Virus record (IMG/VR): IMGVR_UViG_3300043499_000172
DNA length: 64,000 nt
Origin: an uncultured virus (IMG/VR IMGVR_UViG_3300043499_000172)
Taxonomy: Duplodnaviria; Heunggongvirae; Uroviricota; Caudoviricetes
Strand: one strand, 5' to 3'
Shown here: positions 57,121-64,000 of the stretch, piece by piece
Numbering within the stretch: position 1 is the stretch's first letter
Layout of the letters: each line of letters begins with the position of its first letter
The notes under the pieces: generated by a model
Told to the model about the DNA's origin: nothing
The model's database searches: none
What the model saw: the letters and a program-made list of their open reading frames with translations, nothing else
Translations under genes and position numbers: made by a program

Positions 57121-57596
57121 TTTGTGTCCTCTGTCAGGTAGGTGATCTCGATCGGCACGGCGACGAGCATGTCCTGGCTGCGGCCGACGTCGTGCACCGT
57201 CGTCTCCTCGCTCGGCTCGATGCCGGCATACCAGTCGCCCTTCGAGCGGTCGGTGACATGCAGGCCGCGCGACCACTGGGTGATGAAGCCGACCGCCGCG
57301 CGGCGGCTGCGGAAGAGGCGCGGGATGCCGCCATCGAAGTAGCCGTCCTCGGTCGGGTCCCAGAACGAGCCGCCGCGGCCGTATGCCTGCGGCAGCATGA
57401 AGCCGGTGGCGACGTGCCTGACGACGTATAGCGCCGCCGGTGGGGATGCTTCGCCGACGGCCGCTAAACCGTCTCCACACCTCCCACCGACTTGCCTCTG
57501 CGCGTCGCGCCGCGCTCGGGCCGATTCGTGAATGCGTTGCTTGGACCGCTCGTAGGCCGCCTCGAGTTCGGCGAGCATCTGCTCGAGATTGGACAT
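57117..57596 (-). CDS. Hypothetical protein
   Basis: GAGG SD; PRLF. Confidence 0.5.
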   Translation of the reverse strand: MSNLEQMLAELEAAYERSKQRIHESARARRDAQRQVGGRCGDGLAAVGEASPPAALYVVRHVATGFMLPQAYGRGGSFWDPTEDGYFDGGIPRLFRSRRAAVGFITQWSRGLHVTDRSKGDWYAGIEPSEETTVHDVGRSQDMLVAVPIEITYLTEDTK

Positions 57597-57597
57597 G

Positions 57598-57831
57598 CTA
57601 CCAGCCTCTTTCCTTGACCGCTGCAAGGCGCTGCTTGCTCAGCACGAGCATGTGCGCCTTGCCTGCCTCGGTCAGTTCGAAGCCTCTCGGGTTGCGCTGC
57701 ACGAGACCGGCGCGCTCCAGGCGCTCGGCCATCGCCCACGCCGCCTTGGTGCCGGGGATGTGGGTGCCGAGCTTCTCGATGGACGCCATGCGCATGGCGG
57801 CAGCTTCGCCGAACTTAGGGAGACGGGCCAT
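57598..57831 (-). CDS. Winged-helix-like small protein
   Basis: RLERAGLV...FELTEAG. Confidence 0.55.
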   Translation of the reverse strand: MARLPKFGEAAAMRMASIEKLGTHIPGTKAAWAMAERLERAGLVQRNPRGFELTEAGKAHMLVLSKQRLAAVKERGW

Positions 57832-58056
57832 TTACCAGCCTCCCCAGGCAGGCCCGAACTCGTGCAGGTCCAGCTCCTTGCCGATGCGCTTGACCGCCTC
57901 GTAGGGGTCCTCGCCCTGCTCGCGCAGGTGGTCGAGATCCGCCTTGGCGTCGTCGACCAGCTCCTCGTAGCTCCACCACCAGCGGGCGGCGCGACGCGCC
58001 TCCTTCCACCAGAGGTCCGGCGCCATCGGCATCGGCAATTGCACCAACGCGGCCAT
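57832..58056 (-). CDS. Hypothetical protein
   Basis: GGAG SD; MAALVQ... Confidence 0.5.
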   Translation of the reverse strand: MAALVQLPMPMAPDLWWKEARRAARWWWSYEELVDDAKADLDHLREQGEDPYEAVKRIGKELDLHEFGPAWGGW

Positions 58057-58057
58057 C

Positions 58058-58276
58058 TCAATCGTCTCCCGTGCGTTCAAGGAGGATGCGCGCGAGTTCA
58101 TCGTCGAGGTCGTTGACCACTTGCTGCCAGTGCAGCTCGACGTCGAGCACGTCGTGCTCCGGCTGCGTGGCCAGCGCCCACTTGCGGACATGCTCCTCGG
58201 TCGGAGCGTCGACGACAGTGTGGCTGACGACGGTGTAGTCCTCTTTCCAAGCCCATTTGACGATCCAGCGCGGCAT
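58058..58276 (-). CDS. Hypothetical protein (first gene of the leftward early operon)
   Basis: AGGGA SD; TTGACA-17-ATACAA promoter-like sequence upstream on - strand. Confidence 0.55.
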   Translation of the reverse strand: MPRWIVKWAWKEDYTVVSHTVVDAPTEEHVRKWALATQPEHDVLDVELHWQQVVNDLDDELARILLERTGDD

Positions 58277-58332
58277 GTATCGAATCCCTGTTTCCTGTTT
58301 GCAGTCGTTGTTGTATGCGTACTAGGAGACAC

Positions 58333-58653
58333 ATGTCAAGCACCCGCGAATCCGTCATCGAGCAATACCTTGTCGACTGCGTCGAAGCGCTGGGCGGCGT
58401 CGCCGAGAAAACGCGCGCCGGGACGCGCGGCTACTTCGACCGCGTCGTGGTACTGCCTGGGGGACGGATTATTTTTTGCGAGCTGAAAAAGCCGAAAGGA
58501 TCGCGAACTGCTGTGCACCAGAGCGCGCGCCACACAAGATATAGACGGCTGGGCGCCGAGGTGGCGCTGATCAAGACGGTGGCCGACGTTGACCGCCTGC
58601 TAGCTGCGGGCGTAGACAAGAAGCCCAATCAGACGAGCAACCAGGATACATGA
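58333..58653 (+). CDS. VRR-NUC domain nuclease
   Basis: RES.IEQYL...GG.A.K...G.FDR.V.LPGG.IIFCELK.P.G.....Q. Confidence 0.88.
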   Translation: MSSTRESVIEQYLVDCVEALGGVAEKTRAGTRGYFDRVVVLPGGRIIFCELKKPKGSRTAVHQSARHTRYRRLGAEVALIKTVADVDRLLAAGVDKKPNQTSNQDT

Positions 58654-58733
58654 AACAGTTAGGCCGGGCGACGCTGTTGGGGCGTCGGCCCGGCCCGATA
58701 TGAAGGCCCCTACCGCTAAGAAAGGTCCATTCA

Positions 58734-61322
58734 ATGGCGCAACCATTACAGCCTAAAATCGTCCGCGACAATAAGCATCCGCTCCTACAACGACGTCTCG
58801 CTGCGTCAGCCAATGGCTGGACGATCAATCCCAGCGTCTTCAAGATCGGCTGCAAGGGGTGGCCACGCCTGCCCTGCGACGAGGCAGCGATCCGCACGCA
58901 CAAGCAGTGGCGGTCGCTCTATCACGACGGCACCGCCGTGCGGGTGGTCGGCAAGCTGGCGGTCTACGACTGCGACGTGTCGATCGACTGGGTCGCCGAC
59001 CTGATCCTCGACGACCTGTTCTCGATCGACCCCGACGCCTTCAACGCCGCGGTGGTGCGCGATTCGGAGCGCGTCAGCCAAGCGCTGTTCTTCCGCACCG
59101 CGACGCCGTTCGGGCATATCTTGACCCACCACTACACGGCACACCCCGAGCTGTTGCCGCAGCTCGAGGCCGCCTACGACATGAAGGTCGGCAACATCGA
59201 GGACGACGAGGACCAGGTCAACCTGATCCGCAGCCTGCACAAGCAGCTCGACCCGCAGAAGGTCGAGACCTACGGCCCGCTGTCGAAGGGCCGCCACTTC
59301 CAGTACGAAGGCACGCACTCACCGGGGCGCCAGTACCGATGCGGCGAGCGAGCGCCGTGGAACACCAAGGTCGACGACCTGCCGCTGCTGCCGCTCACCC
59401 CCGAGGCGCTGGTCGAGCGCGCCGAGGCGATCCTCGCAGCCAACCTGACGCTGATACCAGAGCGCGTCGACAAGGGCGGCGAGGTCGTCTACGACCTGAC
59501 GCCGGAGACGATGTTCTATCCCAAGGAAGGCATGCCCGGCACGGTCGCCGAGCTTGCCGACGGCCTGGAGTGGGATGCCTTGAACGGCATCTACGGCTGC
59601 CTGCCGTCGACGCGCGCATCGCAGAGCCAAGGCAACTGCAAGCTGTTCGTGACGCGGCGTGGGCGCATTGCCGTGCAGAACTGGGCGAACAACGGCCGCA
59701 TCCACTACATGGTCTCAGATGCGCCGCCACCGCCCTTCGAGCTGCCGCAGAGCACCATCGACGCGCTGCGCGAGATACAGCCGGCCAAGCCGGCCGAGCC
59801 GGACCCGGTGCCGCCGCGCGCCGAGCTGTCGCCCACCGCGACGCCCGAGGAGGCGCTCGACTTCCTGCTGATGAACTACGCCTTCGACTACCACTCCGGC
59901 ATGGTGGCGCGGCTGTACGGCACCGACATCGAGACGACGTTCATCAAGCTGGAGACCTTCCACAACCGCTACGCAGCCTACCGCTTCCCGCCTGGAGGCG
60001 GCGCGCACCAGCGGCCGACCGTGCCGACGCCGGTGTCGCGCGTCTGGCTGACGCGGCCGCAGCGCATCACGGTGGCATCGACGCGGTTCCGGCCGGACAA
60101 GGCGTTCCCGCTCTACGAAGACGGCGGGCAGACCTTCAAGAACGTCTGGCAGGCGCCGCAACACCGCGGCGATGCCGACATATCGTGGCTGATCGACAGC
60201 TTCTTCCCGGTGTTCATCCCCGACAAGGCCGAGCGCGACTGGTATCTCAACGTCACCGCGCACCGATGGGTCAACCCGGCGATACCGGGGCCGAGCGTGG
60301 TCATGGTGGCGCATGGCGCGGTGACCGCGACAGGATCCGACTACGGCACCGGGCGCAGCGGCTGGTTCGACTTCATGGCGCGGCTGTGGGGCCGGCAATA
60401 CGTCCGCAACGAGGACTTCTCGGTGGTGGTCGGGCAGAACAGGCAGGGCGACTTCACATCGTGGAAGGCGTTCAAGCGGCTGATCACCATCGACGAGGCC
60501 AAGACGGCGCCTGAGCAGAACACCATGCGCGGCGGCAACGCCACCTACGAGCTGCTCAAGACCATGGTCGATCCGTCGCCGCGCTGGCGCACCTTCAAGG
60601 TCAAGTTCGAAAAGCCTTTCGAGGACTTCGACTACGCGCCGATCGACATCGCGTCGAACCACCAGGGCGCCGTGGCGGTGCCGCCGGGCGACAGGCGGTT
60701 CGGGGTGATCAACAACGGCCGCCCGCTGACGCCGGACGAGGCCAAGCGCTTCTACGCGATGATCGACCAGCCGGGCGTCATGGCGGCGTTCGCGCGATGG
60801 TGCGAGGCACGGGATCTCAGCAGCTTCAACCCCTACGCGCCACCACCGATGTTCAAGGCCAAGGCGCGCATGCAGGCGCTGTCGACGACCGAAATGGACA
60901 GCATCTTCACCGAGATGGCGAAGCGGTTCGGGCAGATGTTCACAAAGTCACAGGCGCGCGATTACGTGCTCAACCGGATGGAGACGCGCCCCCACTCCTA
61001 TGACACCACTTTCGACAAGCGGTTCGACGCTGCGTTCAGGGACTACTGCACGGCGCTGCGCGATCAGAGCGACGGCGAAAATCTCGACATCAAAGTGCAA
61101 AGACCGGGTCAGAGCGGCACCGTGAAACGCGAACGCGCGCATACTTTCGACGCGCGAAAAGTGGACCTTTTGTCCCTGCTCAAACCGCACGCGAGAGCCG
61201 CGGAAGTGGCAAAAAGTGAAAACGCGATCAAAATCGAGGCGCCGTTCAAGGTCGTGGAGGGCGGCGCTGACCAAAACGCCCCTGATAGCAGGGACGATGT
61301 CCCTAAGCAGGGTCGCGACTAA
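58734..61322 (+). CDS. Primase-helicase (N-terminal prim-pol-like, C-terminal P-loop DUF5906-like)
   Basis: YDCD motif, G.H..G..Y; degenerate Walker A GTGRS, Walker B TIDE, SN....P.GDRRF. Confidence 0.8.
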   Translation: MAQPLQPKIVRDNKHPLLQRRLAASANGWTINPSVFKIGCKGWPRLPCDEAAIRTHKQWRSLYHDGTAVRVVGKLAVYDCDVSIDWVADLILDDLFSIDPDAFNAAVVRDSERVSQALFFRTATPFGHILTHHYTAHPELLPQLEAAYDMKVGNIEDDEDQVNLIRSLHKQLDPQKVETYGPLSKGRHFQYEGTHSPGRQYRCGERAPWNTKVDDLPLLPLTPEALVERAEAILAANLTLIPERVDKGGEVVYDLTPETMFYPKEGMPGTVAELADGLEWDALNGIYGCLPSTRASQSQGNCKLFVTRRGRIAVQNWANNGRIHYMVSDAPPPPFELPQSTIDALREIQPAKPAEPDPVPPRAELSPTATPEEALDFLLMNYAFDYHSGMVARLYGTDIETTFIKLETFHNRYAAYRFPPGGGAHQRPTVPTPVSRVWLTRPQRITVASTRFRPDKAFPLYEDGGQTFKNVWQAPQHRGDADISWLIDSFFPVFIPDKAERDWYLNVTAHRWVNPAIPGPSVVMVAHGAVTATGSDYGTGRSGWFDFMARLWGRQYVRNEDFSVVVGQNRQGDFTSWKAFKRLITIDEAKTAPEQNTMRGGNATYELLKTMVDPSPRWRTFKVKFEKPFEDFDYAPIDIASNHQGAVAVPPGDRRFGVINNGRPLTPDEAKRFYAMIDQPGVMAAFARWCEARDLSSFNPYAPPPMFKAKARMQALSTTEMDSIFTEMAKRFGQMFTKSQARDYVLNRMETRPHSYDTTFDKRFDAAFRDYCTALRDQSDGENLDIKVQRPGQSGTVKRERAHTFDARKVDLLSLLKPHARAAEVAKSENAIKIEAPFKVVEGGADQNAPDSRDDVPKQGRD

Positions 61323-61464
61323 CACATTGATATCATTGACTGCATCGTCGTAGTGCCCCTGTGCCCCTTCTAAATCATAAAAAGTATGTACTTCATAAGT
61401 GGTGAGAGTGTGTGCGTAGGATTTCGGATGCCTCCGCGCGCGCGAGGGAAGGGACACAGGGACA
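61290..61464. other. Probable replication origin (GGGAC/GTCCC inverted repeats around an AT-rich core)
   Basis: AGGGAC-GAT-GTCCCT 61290-61304; TGCCCCTGTGCCCCTTC / GAAGGGACACAGGGACA imperfect inverted repeat; directly after primase. Confidence 0.55.
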
Positions 61465-61512
61465 AATCCGCCGACCCGCCCATGTTGGGCGCCAACACGA
61501 GAGGAGAAGATA

Positions 61513-61941
61513 ATGTTCTACAAGGTCAACATGCGACACTGCATCAACCTCGATCATGTGGTCGAGATCATGACGACGGATAAGCCCGCCGCCGATGGAC
61601 GCTATTGCCGAACGTTCCTGATGGCGGACGGCAGCAGGCTACAGGAATTCTCGGTCAACCCGATGGACAACGACAGCCTGCCGCGTCCGATGATCGCGGC
61701 GCAGCCGGGCTACTTCGCGATCTCGTTCATCCAGGACGACGAGGGGCTGCATGTCTACCGGACGCCAATCATCGGGTGGGCGTGGTCTGAATACGGTGGC
61801 TATATCGAGGGCGTGTGCCTGGACAGCGAGGAAGACACCCGCACGATCGTGTGGCCGGACGGCACGGTCCACGCCGGCTGGAGCACTGTGTTCCCCAACG
61901 AAGCATCGTGGCTGGCTGAAGCGACACAGCCAGTCGCTTGA
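61513..61941 (+). CDS. Hypothetical protein
   Basis: GAGGAG SD; IAAQPG....PIIGW...PDGTV. Confidence 0.7.
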   Translation: MFYKVNMRHCINLDHVVEIMTTDKPAADGRYCRTFLMADGSRLQEFSVNPMDNDSLPRPMIAAQPGYFAISFIQDDEGLHVYRTPIIGWAWSEYGGYIEGVCLDSEEDTRTIVWPDGTVHAGWSTVFPNEASWLAEATQPVA

Positions 61942-61944
61942 TGC

Positions 61945-61988
61945 TCGGCTCGCCAAACTGGCATTGAGGGTCGGCTCGCCAAACTGGC
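61945..61988 (+). repeat. 18-bp direct repeat TCGGCTCGCCAAACTGGC (two copies)
   Basis: Copies at 61945-61962 and 61971-61988. Confidence 0.85.
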
Positions 61989-62095
61989 CAGCCGCCTCGC
62001 CCGCGGCGCGCGCGCGCGCGCCGCCCCCGCGAGGGCGCCCGCCGGCGCCTTCCGCTGATGCTCCAGGCCGCCCCAAGGCCGCAGAAAACAAGGGG

Positions 62096-62128
62096 TTGAC
62101 AGCTCTCCGAGCGTGGTCCTAGAACCAC
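62096..62128 (+). promoter_or_regulatory. Putative early promoter with overlapping palindromic operator
   Basis: TTGACA 62096-62101; GTGGTCCTAGAACCAC 62113-62128 covers the -10 region. Confidence 0.6.
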
Positions 62129-62189
62129 ATCAGGCCCGGCGGTTCACCGGGTCCGAGAGACCTGTTCAACCGGCCGAGGAGCCAGCGCA

Positions 62190-63542
62190 ATGACCTACTT
62201 TTCTTTCACCGACAGCGGCGACGCCTACGACGCCTGCCAGTGCAACGAAGACCTGACCACCGGCACGGTGTTGAAGGTCCGCGACGACAGCTACTACGGC
62301 CGCGTCACCGGCCGCGACGAAGACGGCTTCCGCGTTCGCGAGTTCAGCGAGCCGATCAGCGTCACCATTATCGGGCTGGCGTGGGCGTGGCCGATCGCGG
62401 TCACGATCGAGGCCGGCGAATTCCACGGCATCGAGGAGGACACCGGAGCCTATGCCCGTGTCATCGCCGATGCCGGCTTCACCCGCGAGCAGATCGCCGA
62501 GGCGGTGGCGATCGCCGACAGCCTGTCCGCTCCCGTCCGCCCGATGTTCCGCATGTGGTTGGCGGCGCAGGCCGAGGCCGAGGCCGATCGCCTGGAGGCC
62601 GACACCGATTTCGATTTCGGCGACGACATGGCCACCCCGGCGGCGGAGATGCGCAGCAATGCCCACATTGCCAACGGCGGCGAGCGCGGCGGCGGCAGCG
62701 ACGCCGTCGCCTGCCCCAAGTGCGGCGGCGCCGGCCGCGTCCAGTGGGGCGAGTGCTTCCGCTGCAAGGGCAGCGGCCGCGTCGGCAAGCGCAGCGCAGC
62801 CGCATCCAAGGCCCGCGCCACCCGCGACGCCAATGAGGAGGACACCAAGCGCAGCCAAGCGCGATTGGTGGCGCGGCTCGAAGAGGTGCAGGAGTGGAAC
62901 GGCTACGCCCAGAGCCTGCTCGCCAAGGTGGACACCTACGGCACCCTCAAGTCGTGGGATGTCGAGAAGGCCACAGCCATGCTGGACAAGCTCGACGCCG
63001 GCAAGGCCGAGCGTGCGGCCGGCAAGGCCGAGGCCCGCGTGGCGGCGGCGCCTGCGATCGATAATATCGGCGCCATCGTGGCGCTATTCGACAAGGCTGG
63101 CCAGCGCATCGCCAAGCGGCCCATCTTCCGCACAACCGAGATCACGATTTCGAAGGCGCCCGATGCCGGCAAGAACCCCGGTGCGCTCTACGTCAAGCGC
63201 ACCTCCGACAAGGCCTATTGCGGCAAGATCGTTGGCGGCCGATTCCTGGCAGGCCACGGCGCCCCTGATGTGACCGAGGCCCTGCGCGCGGTGGCGGTTG
63301 ACCCGACCGGCGAGGCGATCAGGTACGCCAACGAATTCAAAGCCTGCTGCTGTTGCGGCACCGTCTTGCGCAACCCGGTTTCGGTGGCGGCCGTCGTCGG
63401 CCCGATCTGCGCGAGCAACTGGGGTCTCGAGCATCTGCGCATGGCAGCGGCCGAGATGCTCCAGGACGAGCGCGACATGGACGCGCGCATCAACGATGCG
63501 AACCTAGTCGCAACGATTATGAACCCATCGGGTGAGGCATGA
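62190..63542 (+). CDS. Early multidomain protein with CxxCxGxG zinc finger and C-terminal DUF6011-like zinc finger
   Basis: CPKCGGAG...CFRCKGSG; CCCCG..L.NP.S....GPICA. Confidence 0.75.
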   Translation: MTYFSFTDSGDAYDACQCNEDLTTGTVLKVRDDSYYGRVTGRDEDGFRVREFSEPISVTIIGLAWAWPIAVTIEAGEFHGIEEDTGAYARVIADAGFTREQIAEAVAIADSLSAPVRPMFRMWLAAQAEAEADRLEADTDFDFGDDMATPAAEMRSNAHIANGGERGGGSDAVACPKCGGAGRVQWGECFRCKGSGRVGKRSAAASKARATRDANEEDTKRSQARLVARLEEVQEWNGYAQSLLAKVDTYGTLKSWDVEKATAMLDKLDAGKAERAAGKAEARVAAAPAIDNIGAIVALFDKAGQRIAKRPIFRTTEITISKAPDAGKNPGALYVKRTSDKAYCGKIVGGRFLAGHGAPDVTEALRAVAVDPTGEAIRYANEFKACCCCGTVLRNPVSVAAVVGPICASNWGLEHLRMAAAEMLQDERDMDARINDANLVATIMNPSGEA

Positions 63543-63574
63543 GGCAGCACCCACAACGCGAGGAGAAATCGCAA

Positions 63575-63892
63575 ATGAGCAACCCCGACATGATCAGCGA
63601 GCGCGACGCAATCGCCTATCTCAGGCAGCGGTTCCCCGAGGCGCGGCTTGAGTTCATCACCACCGGCGGCACCGGCGGCGGCATGGTCACTGGCCACATC
63701 TTTCACGTTGGACGGTCGAAGCATGCGGCCGGCTACCACATCCGGCGCGACATGCTGGAGTTGTTCGCGGACGGCATCCAGTACAGCCGCGACAAGGCAG
63801 CGCAGCGCAAGGCCGAGCGCGAGCGCATCGCAACCCTGCGCAGGCACGAGCGCATGGTGGCCGACTACGTCAGCGAGGGGCTGGGAGAATGA
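63575..63892 (+). CDS. Hypothetical protein
   Basis: GAGGAG SD before MSNPD... Confidence 0.55.
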   Translation: MSNPDMISERDAIAYLRQRFPEARLEFITTGGTGGGMVTGHIFHVGRSKHAAGYHIRRDMLELFADGIQYSRDKAAQRKAERERIATLRRHERMVADYVSEGLGE

Positions 63893-64000
63893 GCCATCAC
63901 CAGAAGCGCGAGACCTGTGAGGCGTTGGACGCCGTCCTGATGGACGTGCTGCGCCTGAAGCAGGAAGAGGCGTGGCGCGTCACAGAGGCCTTGCATGCCT

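Larger units (their letters stand above)
1..64000. mobile_element. Tailed dsDNA bacteriophage genome (podovirus-like, N4-gp56-type capsid, P22-type portal, polyvalent ejection protein)
   Basis: Terminase, portal, capsid, tail, lysis and replication modules fill the window; no host housekeeping genes seen. Confidence 0.97.

Overview
The whole 64-kb window is a GC-rich tailed dsDNA phage genome, probably near-complete, with podovirus-type architecture. From about 0.5 to 42.5 kb the + strand carries a late block: large terminase, P22-like portal, acidic scaffold, CsrA-like protein, N4-gp56-like major capsid, basic low-complexity proteins, tail adaptors, fibers and nozzle, GNAT-like protein, three ejection proteins including a 4011-aa polyvalent protein, GH19-type endolysin and holin-like genes. 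From 42.7 to 58.3 kb the - strand mostly carries two VPLPA-CTERM surface proteins, a DNA methyltransferase, SNF2-like helicase, family A DNA polymerase, SSB-like protein, DUF2800/Cas4-like nuclease, DUF932 and many small early genes. From 58.3 kb the + strand carries VRR-NUC, primase-helicase, a probable origin and early genes. An alphaproteobacterial host is inferred, mainly from the VPLPA-CTERM tails. I saw no integrase, tRNA or CRISPR array. The most interesting signals are: (1) a divergent CsrA/RsmA-like gene plus an identical GGA-loop hairpin (GCGCAGGACGTGC) in three late-gene leaders, each next to or overlapping an RBS-occluding stem; (2) small +1-frame genes nested inside the polyvalent ejection protein directly after putative effector domains, candidate built-in antidotes; (3) an SD-sequestering pseudoknot after the capsid genes; (4) phage-borne exosortase substrates; (5) Acb2/Tad1-like and Tad2-like anti-defense sponges. 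All family assignments come from motif recognition by eye; no searches were run.
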